Below are positions 41,255-50,355 of a DNA stretch of 64,000 bases, piece by piece; positions within the stretch are counted from its first letter, which is position 1; each line of letters begins with the position of its first letter. A program made the translations under genes and the position numbers. Origin of the DNA: Flavobacteriaceae bacterium UBA2765. Lineage in GTDB: Bacteria; Bacteroidota; Bacteroidia; Flavobacteriales; Flavobacteriaceae. Location: the NCBI GenBank assembly GCA_002352665.1, contig DEIV01000007.1, positions 39,766 to 103,765 of the forward strand. The letters run 5' to 3'. The notes beneath the pieces are model-generated. The model did no database searches, was not told the origin of the DNA, and saw nothing but the letters and a program-made list of their open reading frames with translations.

Positions 41255-41366
41255 ATTGTCAAACCACACTATATTTTTAATAATCAAAAAGTTACGTCTT
41301 AATACATTCACTAGGTAACTTATTTGATAAGAACTTTTGTTTTTTTTTTACCTTTTTAAAGGTGGG

Positions 41367-41374
41367 CAAATATA
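41367..41374 (-). promoter_or_regulatory. -7 promoter box directed at tRNA-Arg
   Basis: TATATTTG on the minus strand, followed by CCCACC. Confidence 0.7.
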
Positions 41375-41528
41375 CAATTTTTACTAAAAAACATTAATAA
41401 AATTTTAAGTTTTTATATATTAAATCTTTGCTTGAAGATATTCGAGAAATCCAAGAGAATAAAAGGACAACTTTTCTTGTTTAGATTCAGTTAATTTTGA
41501 TAATAACAAGACCCTTTGTCTCTATTTT

Positions 41529-41676
41529 TCAAGACATAGAATACTCTGATGACTCTGTCTCAGGATTATTTATTAACTGTTTTATCATTGGTGTTCCGCT
41601 AAAGTGTGTATTTTTGTTCATATCGAAATCTTGTGATGAAAATCAATATATAAATAGAGTGTGAAAGCCATCTATG
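41529..41676 (-). mobile_element. Remnant left end and first codons of an IS4-family (DUF4372-type) transposase
   Basis: Minus-strand ORF from 41621, MNKNTHFSGTPMIKQLINN..., resembles the recalled N-terminus of Bacteroidota IS4 transposases (MNKS.NFSGTPIIKQ.LNF). Stops after 30 codons. Candidate end CATAGATGGCTTTCACACTC at 41676. Confidence 0.5.
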
Positions 41677-41793
41677 GAAATCCCACTTTTAAAAAGTTTT
41701 ATCGAACACTAATGTATTTTTATAGTTATATTAAAAGTATGCAATGGTGTACTTATTGTTTTTGTTAGAAATTTTTAAAATCAAAACTTTTGA

Positions 41794-44700
41794 ATGGTTC
41801 AGTATAAAAGAATAGAAATATTAATTTGTATAACACTTACATTCTTTTGTCTTACTAAAGGTTTGGGACAAAATGAAACTGGCGAAAATTATAATGCTGA
41901 AAACGGTTTATCTTCTAATTGGGTTTCTTGTTTTCAATTAGACGATAACGGGTATCTTTGGTTAGGCACGCAAAATGGTCTTAATAGATTTGATGGAATA
42001 AATTTTAAAAAGTATTATAACAAGCCATTTGACAATAATAGTATTGCAAGTAATTGGGTACGTAATATAGTAAAGGATGAAACAGGTAATTTTTGGTTGG
42101 GAACCATTGGAGGTGGTTTGCAAAAATTTAATCCGTACAAACATACCTTTGACAAAAATTTTTTAATCGAAGGTGAACAACCAACCGTAGTTAAGAGAAT
42201 TGTTATATCTAACGATAAAATTTGGGTAGTTTCTGATAGAGGTTTGCTAATGGCTAAAAAACCTTATAAGAGTTTCAAGTATATATCAAAAAGTTTTTAT
42301 ATAAATATAACTAATCTAGGTAAAGAACATTTGATTTTGAGCAATAAGGATGGCCTTTTTTTATTAAATAAAAAGTCTAATCATATTCGTAGTATTAGCG
42401 AACAAAATCATCAGACGATTGCTGAAATCAATACAGATAATTTTTTTGTTTTAGAAAATCAATATATTTCAAAATATCAGATTAAAGATTCCTTAATTAA
42501 CAAATTAAGTAGTCATAAATTAAATCTTGATAATTCTAATTCAACCCTTTGGGGATCAATAAAGTTATTTTCTTCATCTTATGGAATATTAATCACATCA
42601 AAAGATGAAATTTTTAGATATGATGATACAACAAATAGTTTAATTCCCTTTTTTAAATATAGTAACAAATCTGATGACAATACAGTATTAAGCTACTATG
42701 AAACTAAAAAAGGAGATTTATGGATTGGCACAAAAAAAGGTGTATACCATCTTAGTAATCATAAAAAAACCTATGGAGATGCAGATAATGGTTGGCAAAA
42801 TGTAAAAGATGTAAAGGTTAGAGAAATTCAACTTGAAAACAATGTGCTTTGGTTAGCCAATGAAAAAGGACTGAAAAGTTATTACAAAAATAAAGAGCTT
42901 AAAACATACCTAAAGGGTAATATTACTGCGTTTAAAAAAGTAAATAACAATCTATATGCTGCAGGAAAAGATCAAAATGATCAAGCTAATTTTTGGCATA
43001 TTAACTTAAAAACAGGTCAAACTAAAAGTTTTGCTCTAAAAGACTTCAAGGCAGAAGGTAATATTTGGAAAATATTACCTGATAATGATAGAATTTTGAT
43101 TGCCGGACAATATAACTTTGGTTATTATAATTTAAAAGATGAAACTTTAAATTTTTTAAACAAAATTGGTAATCAAAAATTAAAATCGTTGGTTATTACC
43201 GATCTCTTAAAACATCATGATGAACTATGGATTGCAACACTTGATGGGCTTTTTATAACTAAAAACAATAGTTTTAAATCGGTAAAGCATTTAATAAGAA
43301 ATAAAAAAAATGGCTTAACCAATAATATTATTATGGATATACACAAAGATCAAAATGATAATATTTGGTTAGCAACTGAGGGAGGATTGCATCTATATAA
43401 TGAGAAAAATTCAACTTTTAAACACTGGGGAAGAAAAGATGGTCTTTTAGATGCTAAAGTACTAACTATTGAGTCTGACAATGAAGGCTCTCTTTGGTTA
43501 GGAACTAACTCATCAGGCCTCTTTAAATTTAATCCTTCAGATGAATCTTTTACCAATTTTAATAAAAAATTGGGACTAAGCTCTGATGAATTTTTAATGA
43601 GTGCTGGTTTTAGCCAAGACAATCAAATATTTTTAGGTACTGAAAACGAAATAGTAACTTTTGATGCCAGTACATTGCAACTTCCAAATAAAGATACGCT
43701 TAAGTTAAAAATAGAAACAATTCATGTTGATAAAGGTATTGATGATGAATTACTTAACCAAGAAACTCAAAATAAACTTGTGTTACCTTATAATTATGGT
43801 AATTTATCATTTCATTTTAATGCACCAAATTACTACAACCCAAAATCTACAACGTATTCGTATAAAGTAAATGGCTTATACGATTCTTGGGTTGATTTAG
43901 GGACATCAAATTCATTTTCGCTTGTCAATTTACCGCATGGTAACTATCAAATTCAAATAAAAGCTGAAAACCCGCTTTATACAACTTCAATACAATCATT
44001 TGCATTAACTATAAAGAGGGCTTTTTATAATACGTTTTGGGCTTGGATTCTTTATTCATCGACTCTTTTAAGTATACTTTTTTATTTTTGGAAACATTTT
44101 AAAAATAAATTAATCATCAAAAATAAATTAGAAAACCTAAAAGAGATCAATAGCTTAAAATCTAAAATGTATGCAGAAATATCTCACGAAATTAAAACAC
44201 CATTAACCCTAATAAAAGGAAATACTTCTTTACTTGCTAAAGAAGAAATAACTGAAGAACAAAAAAAAGCAATAGGCACTATTAAAAAAAGTTCAAAAGA
44301 AGTATTAAGTCTAGTAAATCAGATGTTAGATCTAGTCGCTATAGATGTAAAAAGATTTGAATTAAACTATGTTTCTAAAGATATTGTCATCTTCTTGAAA
44401 CAGTGTATCGCCTTATTTGAATCTAGAGCAAAAAACCAAAGAAAAGAACTTTTACTTAACAGCTCAACAGAAAGTTTAATTTCTAGTATTGATGTCCAAA
44501 ATTTAAAAAAAGTTATTTTCAATTTAATTACAAATGCTTTAAAATTTACGCCAACAAACGGAATTATAACCCTTGAATTGTTAGCTTCACCACCAAATAA
44601 TTTTATCATTAAAGTGAGTGATACCGGTAAAGGTATACAAGCGGAACATTTGCCAAGAATATTTGATAGATATTATAAAACTTTTGACTTAGAAAATAAT

Positions 44701-45669
44701 CTTGGATCTGGTATAGGTATGTCTTTAACAAAAGAGATTATCCAATTGATGGAAGGTGAAATAAAAGTTGAAAGTACTGTTAATCAAGGAACAACGTTTA
44801 CTATAACACTCCCAATTCAAAAAAGTAATGACAGTATTAACGATGAAAATAAGATAGAATTATTACCTTCTAACCCTTCATCTACCTTAAAAGAAGAATT
44901 TCAGTTAGTAGTAGTAGATGATAATGCCAGTTTGCTGGAATATTATAGTCAACTTTTAGACAATACTTACAATGTTAGCTACTTTCAGAATGGAAAAACA
45001 GCACTGCAATATGTTAAGAAAAATCATTGTGACTTCATTTTGAGTGATGCGATAATGCCCATAATGGATGGCTTTCAGCTTTGTAAAGAACTGAGAAAAG
45101 ATTGGACAACCTCTCACATACCTTTTATTATGGTCAGTGCTTTATCTAACTTAGAAAATAAAAATGAGGGATATAAAATAGGTGTTGATGCTTTTCTAGA
45201 AAAACCTTTTGAAGAGCAAGAATTATTAGCAGTAATTCATAACCTTTTAAACAAACAAAAAATAAGAGCCAGTTATTTTAAAAAGTACTTTAACGTTAAA
45301 AAAGAGGTCAATGCTTTATTAGCACCTAAAGATTTAGACTTTATTGATAAGCTACATAGCTTAGTATTCAATAAAGATAAAAATATTAATATTGAGATTC
45401 TTTCACAAGAACTTGGATTAAGTCGTAGTCAATTACACAGAAAAATTAAATCACTTACCGAAATGTCAACGACAGCCTATATTAACAATATAAGAATTGA
45501 AAAAGCAAAGCAATTACTTTTAAGTTCAAATTTAGACATAAACGAAATTGCATATCAAATAGGTTTTTCTGACGCCGGGTATTTCATAAAAACGTTTAAA
45601 AAACAGTTACATAGTACGCCTAAGAATTGGCGAGATACCTATAAAAAATCTGCTCCTGACAACAAATGA
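41794..45669 (+). CDS. Hybrid two-component system sensor/regulator (HTCS)
   Basis: Reg_prop propeller repeats (GYLWLGTQNGLNRFDG, NIWLATEGGL), Y_Y_Y domain, TM, HisKA SHEIKTPL, HATPase DTGKGI/GSGIG, REC SDAIMPIMDG and AraC HTH. Confidence 0.95.
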   Translation: MVQYKRIEILICITLTFFCLTKGLGQNETGENYNAENGLSSNWVSCFQLDDNGYLWLGTQNGLNRFDGINFKKYYNKPFDNNSIASNWVRNIVKDETGNFWLGTIGGGLQKFNPYKHTFDKNFLIEGEQPTVVKRIVISNDKIWVVSDRGLLMAKKPYKSFKYISKSFYINITNLGKEHLILSNKDGLFLLNKKSNHIRSISEQNHQTIAEINTDNFFVLENQYISKYQIKDSLINKLSSHKLNLDNSNSTLWGSIKLFSSSYGILITSKDEIFRYDDTTNSLIPFFKYSNKSDDNTVLSYYETKKGDLWIGTKKGVYHLSNHKKTYGDADNGWQNVKDVKVREIQLENNVLWLANEKGLKSYYKNKELKTYLKGNITAFKKVNNNLYAAGKDQNDQANFWHINLKTGQTKSFALKDFKAEGNIWKILPDNDRILIAGQYNFGYYNLKDETLNFLNKIGNQKLKSLVITDLLKHHDELWIATLDGLFITKNNSFKSVKHLIRNKKNGLTNNIIMDIHKDQNDNIWLATEGGLHLYNEKNSTFKHWGRKDGLLDAKVLTIESDNEGSLWLGTNSSGLFKFNPSDESFTNFNKKLGLSSDEFLMSAGFSQDNQIFLGTENEIVTFDASTLQLPNKDTLKLKIETIHVDKGIDDELLNQETQNKLVLPYNYGNLSFHFNAPNYYNPKSTTYSYKVNGLYDSWVDLGTSNSFSLVNLPHGNYQIQIKAENPLYTTSIQSFALTIKRAFYNTFWAWILYSSTLLSILFYFWKHFKNKLIIKNKLENLKEINSLKSKMYAEISHEIKTPLTLIKGNTSLLAKEEITEEQKKAIGTIKKSSKEVLSLVNQMLDLVAIDVKRFELNYVSKDIVIFLKQCIALFESRAKNQRKELLLNSSTESLISSIDVQNLKKVIFNLITNALKFTPTNGIITLELLASPPNNFIIKVSDTGKGIQAEHLPRIFDRYYKTFDLENNLGSGIGMSLTKEIIQLMEGEIKVESTVNQGTTFTITLPIQKSNDSINDENKIELLPSNPSSTLKEEFQLVVVDDNASLLEYYSQLLDNTYNVSYFQNGKTALQYVKKNHCDFILSDAIMPIMDGFQLCKELRKDWTTSHIPFIMVSALSNLENKNEGYKIGVDAFLEKPFEEQELLAVIHNLLNKQKIRASYFKKYFNVKKEVNALLAPKDLDFIDKLHSLVFNKDKNINIEILSQELGLSRSQLHRKIKSLTEMSTTAYINNIRIEKAKQLLLSSNLDINEIAYQIGFSDAGYFIKTFKKQLHSTPKNWRDTYKKSAPDNK

Positions 45670-45732
45670 AACAATAGTCCCATCATTTGACACATTGGTC
45701 CAATTTGTAATTTCATACTTCATCTAGTTTTG
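45667..45732 (+). promoter_or_regulatory. AraC-type tandem direct repeat plus -7 box
   Basis: TGAAACAATAGTCCCA (45667) and TGACACATTGGTCCAA (45688): 21-bp period, 12/16 identical; then TAGTTTTG (45725-45732). Confidence 0.6.
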
Positions 45733-45898
45733 TCCTCTAAAGAATTTATATAAAAATTTTTATATGATGAGATAGGCTTCATTTATTGGTTTATCAATAT
45801 TAATAAATGAAGCGAGTCTATAAAAGAACTAACCACTCTTTTGAGTAAGTATATGGTATACTTATTAGGAATAATAATATTAATAAAAAAAATGAAAA

Positions 45899-47053
45899 AT
45901 GAAAAAACTAAAAACAATTTATTCAATTTTACTAGTCTCTATTTTAATTTTATCCTCTTGTAAAAAGGATGATGATTCAACACCTCAATCCCCTCCAGAT
46001 TATGCCAGTGAGTTTGTAGGTCTTTGGAAATTTGACAATGATGAAGATTATGCCGACGCCATATTTTTTGGACCTAGTGGAGAGGCTTTTCTAGTCTTTT
46101 ATGGTGATTTAAATACTATACACCTTATCCCCGCAGATTTTAATACTTATGAATTTGAAAACAATCAAGTTAACTATTTAAAATTCGGAGATAATCCCAT
46201 CCCTTATGAGGGTGGAAACACTTTTGCCATTCCAGGGAATAGTATGACTAAAGTTGATGGCGTCAATAAATTAGATGATTTAATTGAAACGCTTAATAAT
46301 GTCAAAGACGCAATTAGTGTAGATGTTACTACTTTTTTAACAGGTGATACATATAATAACCTTGATGGTTTTGGTGATCATTTATTGGTCCCTAATCCAT
46401 CTGCAGAAGAAGGAAGGTATATCCGCTTTCAAAAATCTAATTTAAATTTTGTAGAAGAAGTTACCGGTGTTGGTCAAACGACTACGTCAATTGGTGTTTA
46501 TGACACCAATCCATTTGAGCTACTCTCTGTTTTAGAGAATAACAATAAATTTCGTACATATCAGCCAAGTAACCCTGCTTTTCATCATCCAGCTGTAGAT
46601 GACATCCCTTTTTCACCAAACCGATATAGTTGTCATGCAGTGACCAACGAAAGTGGTAGAGACCTAATTAGTTATAATCGTAATACAAAATCATTTAATT
46701 ATCATGATGTAAACATCATAAATGAACAACAAGGGGTGTCGTCATTTGCTTTTTATAAATTACCATTCAAATTAAATATTCGTGGAATGGATTATGTAGA
46801 AGATGAAAACAAATTATTGATAACCGATACTTATAACATACACATTTTTAATGTTGGTTTTAATAGTGATAGAGATGATGTTTCGGTTTTTGAACATGAG
46901 CGTTCTATAAGTATCGTGCCATTACAATTAACCAATGAATCTTTTTTTGGAAGAATTCAAGGACTTTATTACGATTCAAATGAAACTTTATATATGGTAA
47001 TAAACAACGGAAGTGTTATCAAATTAGTAAAAATCGTATTCGAATACTTTTAA
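45899..47053 (+). CDS. Hypothetical surface lipoprotein
   Basis: Lipobox LSSC followed by KKDDD, a Bacteroidota lipoprotein-export-signal-like acidic stretch. Confidence 0.8.
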   Translation: MKKLKTIYSILLVSILILSSCKKDDDSTPQSPPDYASEFVGLWKFDNDEDYADAIFFGPSGEAFLVFYGDLNTIHLIPADFNTYEFENNQVNYLKFGDNPIPYEGGNTFAIPGNSMTKVDGVNKLDDLIETLNNVKDAISVDVTTFLTGDTYNNLDGFGDHLLVPNPSAEEGRYIRFQKSNLNFVEEVTGVGQTTTSIGVYDTNPFELLSVLENNNKFRTYQPSNPAFHHPAVDDIPFSPNRYSCHAVTNESGRDLISYNRNTKSFNYHDVNIINEQQGVSSFAFYKLPFKLNIRGMDYVEDENKLLITDTYNIHIFNVGFNSDRDDVSVFEHERSISIVPLQLTNESFFGRIQGLYYDSNETLYMVINNGSVIKLVKIVFEYF

Positions 47054-47145
47054 TACATAAAATGAGCGATAACAAATAAGTTGAAACCGAAATGATTAAA
47101 ATGGGGAATCCCATCTAAACATTGAAAAACAACAAATATAAACAG

Positions 47146-48162
47146 ATGAAAAAAATAATTAAAAACATCCTACTCATCTTTATAGCTCTTTTTACAATGA
47201 GCTGTAGTGAAGATAACAATAATATTCCAGAGCAACCCACCACATCAGCATCACCTGATATATATGTTGTAGGAAAAATAAAAAACATCCCTATGCTTTG
47301 GAAAAATCGTACTGCAAGTGAACTGACGGGCGGAACCTATACAGCAGAAGCTCATTCTGTAACAGTTGCTAATAATGATGTTTACGTTGCGGGTTTTGAA
47401 AAAATAAACCTTACTAAAAAAGCTACACTGTGGAAAAATGGAAATGCTATTGATTTATCAAGTAACGCATTTACATCTTATGCCCGTTCTGTAACAGTAG
47501 TGAATAGCGATGTGTATGTTGCTGGCTTCGAGTATGAAACAAGTGGAAGTACTTTTGTAGCAAAAGTATGGAAAAATGGTGTTTCAAGCAATTTGACCAA
47601 TGGTAACCATGATGCCTTAGCAGAATCAATTAGAGTAGTAAATAATGATGTTTATGTGGCAGGTTATGAGTCAATAGGATTTGTTGATGTAGCTAAACTC
47701 TGGAAAAATGGTAGTGCAACTAATTTAACAGATGGCACCCATGAAGCTAGGGCCTACTCAGTAGCAGTAGATAATAATGATGTCTATGTGGTAGGTTATG
47801 AATTTATTGATGGTTATCATGTTGCCAAAATCTGGAAAAACGGTGTTGGAAGTAATTTAACCGATCTTAGTGTGGATGCTAAAGCCTATTCTGTAGCGGT
47901 AGAAAATAATAATGTATATGTTGCAGGTTATAAAGGTTTGGTTGCGACACTATGGATAAATGGTGAGGCTAATTCGCTATCAACAGGAAACGTACTTGGT
48001 AATGTAGCCAGATCAGTAACCTTAAATAATAGTGATGTCTATGTTGTAGGATATGTGTATGAAGAAGGTAAAACAATAGCTAAAATTTGGAAAAATGGAC
48101 AATCAAACAATTTAACAGAAAGTACTGAGGATACTGTTGCAAATTCAATTTATCTCCATTAA
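47146..48162 (+). CDS. Beta-propeller-type repeat lipoprotein
   Basis: Lipobox TMSC-SEDNN; about six ~47-aa repeats DVYV(A/V)G.E....A..WKNG...L; ATG 47146 preferred over the TTG at 47122. Confidence 0.8.
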   Translation: MKKIIKNILLIFIALFTMSCSEDNNNIPEQPTTSASPDIYVVGKIKNIPMLWKNRTASELTGGTYTAEAHSVTVANNDVYVAGFEKINLTKKATLWKNGNAIDLSSNAFTSYARSVTVVNSDVYVAGFEYETSGSTFVAKVWKNGVSSNLTNGNHDALAESIRVVNNDVYVAGYESIGFVDVAKLWKNGSATNLTDGTHEARAYSVAVDNNDVYVVGYEFIDGYHVAKIWKNGVGSNLTDLSVDAKAYSVAVENNNVYVAGYKGLVATLWINGEANSLSTGNVLGNVARSVTLNNSDVYVVGYVYEEGKTIAKIWKNGQSNNLTESTEDTVANSIYLH

Positions 48163-48192
48163 AAAGGAAATCAAATTATTAAAATATAATTA

Positions 48193-48237
48193 ATGAAAAA
48201 AATAATTAGAAACACGCTGCTCATTTTTATAAAATAA
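48193..48237 (+). pseudogene. 14-codon stub duplicating the start of the 47146 gene
   Basis: MKKIIRNTLLIFIK* vs MKKIIKNILLIFIA. Confidence 0.55.
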
Positions 48238-48242
48238 AAACT

Positions 48243-49034
48243 ATGAAAAAAATAATTTATTTACTAATAATTCCACTGCTATTTTTACAATGTAGCAGTG
48301 ATGATGACAATGGTCCAAAAGCTTATTTTCCTAAAAAAATTTCTATTGAGCCCATCACCAATATTTTATCGAACAGTAAAGAATTAATTCTTACTTACAA
48401 TAACAATAATTTAATTACTACAATTGAATTTGTTTATTTTGGTACTGTTAATGTAAATTCATTTAAGGAAATACAAATAGCATATACTACAAATAATGAC
48501 ATCAAAGAAATAAAAAGTATAAGTCTTGATAATCTAGAATCTATCACTACTATTAATCATGATGATTTTGGTATAATCTCACAAATAAATTTTCAGTCAG
48601 AAGATATTGGTTTAAAAATAAATGCAAATTACAACGCTCAAAGCAACATTTATACTCTAAACGGTGCATCAGCAATTTTTCCTATTACATTTAATTTTGA
48701 TAATAATGACGTAATACATGCAATAGGTGGTTCGGCAATAAACAACCGAAATTTTCATTATAACACACAAGAAACAGGTCTCTTTAAAGACTTAAGGCAA
48801 CAACCTGAATTAATCATGTGGTCAGAAATATTCACTTTTGGAAGCTTAAATGTAAATCTAAATTATTTGGCACCTTATAAATTAGAGAAAATAACATCCC
48901 AATTTCTAAATCATCGTCTTTACGATAATTTTGAAAAGGATGCTTCCGAAAATCTGATAAAATTTACTGATAAAGTACTTGGAGGAGGAGGTGAAAACCA
49001 ATACTCCATTTCTTACCAATATAGAAATTTATAA
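48243..49034 (+). CDS. Hypothetical surface lipoprotein
   Basis: Lipobox FLQC-SSDDDN. Confidence 0.8.
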   Translation: MKKIIYLLIIPLLFLQCSSDDDNGPKAYFPKKISIEPITNILSNSKELILTYNNNNLITTIEFVYFGTVNVNSFKEIQIAYTTNNDIKEIKSISLDNLESITTINHDDFGIISQINFQSEDIGLKINANYNAQSNIYTLNGASAIFPITFNFDNNDVIHAIGGSAINNRNFHYNTQETGLFKDLRQQPELIMWSEIFTFGSLNVNLNYLAPYKLEKITSQFLNHRLYDNFEKDASENLIKFTDKVLGGGGENQYSISYQYRNL

Positions 49035-49066
49035 AAAATAAATATAACAATTAAAATTTATAAAAA

Positions 49067-49681
49067 ATGAAAAAAATAATCATAAGTATAGTACTTATAA
49101 TATCACCAATAATAATGGTTGCACAACAACAAAACACACCTTTTATAGAAGTATTAGGTACGGTTAATTATAAGGCAAAAGCAGAAAAATATATTGCAAG
49201 CATTGAAATGTCAAAATATCTAATAAATAATGTAATTAATAAAGAAGATATAACCTTTGCAGATATAAAAGAAAACTATTTTAAAAAATTAAAAAATGCA
49301 GGCTTTGATAGACAAAGATTTAAAGAAATTTCAATGAAATATTTATCATATAGTCAAGATAAAAGTGTAATGTTAATTTTTGAAACTGAATCAAAAGAAG
49401 AGTTTGAGAATGTATTAAGTATCAAAAGTGCTGGGGTAAATATTATGTATAAAGATGTAATTTTTAAAATAACGAATCAGCAATTAGAAAATTTATCATA
49501 TAATGCCATAGAAAAGGCCAAGAAAAAAGCAGAAAAGATTGCTTTAAAAAATGGTAGAAAAATTGGTAAAATAATTATGATATCAGATCATAACTCTGCT
49601 ACAATAAAAGAAGCTCTTTATTATTTAAATGCAGATGGTGAAAAGCTATATCTAGTTACTGTTAGGTTTGAACTTTTATAA
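49067..49681 (+). CDS. SIMPL (DUF541) domain protein
   Basis: Signal peptide; IEVLG...KA; AIEKAKKKAEKIA...GRKIGKIIMISD; terminal VTVRFEL. Confidence 0.75.
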   Translation: MKKIIISIVLIISPIIMVAQQQNTPFIEVLGTVNYKAKAEKYIASIEMSKYLINNVINKEDITFADIKENYFKKLKNAGFDRQRFKEISMKYLSYSQDKSVMLIFETESKEEFENVLSIKSAGVNIMYKDVIFKITNQQLENLSYNAIEKAKKKAEKIALKNGRKIGKIIMISDHNSATIKEALYYLNADGEKLYLVTVRFELL

Positions 49682-49897
49682 ATTAAAAACATTGAAAACA
49701 ATTATTAAATAAGATAATTTATTAGATATAAAACATATTGTCAAAATGTTGAAAATTGATTTGCCTAATCGCTTTGCAAGGAAGAATTTTGATAATACCA
49801 TTCAAGTTGCTCAAAGAAAATTGACTTATCAACGAACCTATATTGAAGTTAACAAGAACAAATAAAAAAGCCTTCTACTATTGTGAAAAGCTTTCTC

Positions 49898-49916
49898 TTG
49901 TCGGGGTGGCAGGATT
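49898..49916 (-). repeat. att-like copy of the tRNA-Pro 3' end
   Basis: TTGTCGGGGTGGCAGGATT, identical to 53549-53567 (19 bp). Confidence 0.95.
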
Positions 49917-50076
49917 ACTCGTTTCACTCATGATCCTATAGATGGTTTAGTGCTCATTAAAAACTAAAATGCTACTGCATTTTTATTATTATTATTTTCA
50001 TTTCGGTTATGAAGCAAGCTTCAACCTCATGAAAATAAAAAAACCCATAAATCAAATGATTTATAGGTTTTTAATG
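49917..50076. other. 160-bp structured, non-coding unit between two att copies
   Basis: Hairpins at 49994-50036 (core TGAAGC-aa-GCTTCA) and 50041-50070 (core ATAAATCA-aa-TGATTTAT, followed by a U-tract on the minus strand). Confidence 0.7.
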
Positions 50077-50093
50077 GTCGGGGTGGCAGGATT
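50077..50093 (-). repeat. att-like copy of the tRNA-Pro 3' end
   Basis: GTCGGGGTGGCAGGATT, identical to 53551-53567 (17 bp). Confidence 0.95.
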
Positions 50094-50223
50094 AATTAAA
50101 ATTTCACAACCCCTTATATTTCAATGTATTAAACACTTTTAACTATATGCTGTTCACCGAATTGCACACTAAAGTTAAAAAAGAACTATTTAAAAACAAA
50201 TTTTATTCGTCTTTAAGGTTCGG

Positions 50224-50231
50224 CAAATATA
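50224..50231 (-). promoter_or_regulatory. Outward-facing -7 promoter box at the island end
   Basis: TATATTTG on the minus strand, 130 bp from the att copy at 50093. Confidence 0.55.
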
Positions 50232-50355
50232 ATATGCTATTAATTGTTACACAAGATAATTTATACTTTAATTTTAGTTTATAATCTAAGTACGGAATTT
50301 TATCAAAATAAGAGATTCATGGCTATCCAAAAACCTTGAAGTTCTTAGAATTAAA

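Noticed and set aside
49746-49865. 39-codon ORF MLKIDLPNRFARKNF... next to the att copy
   Set aside because: No recognisable family; could be an integrase or IS scrap, but I cannot support that.
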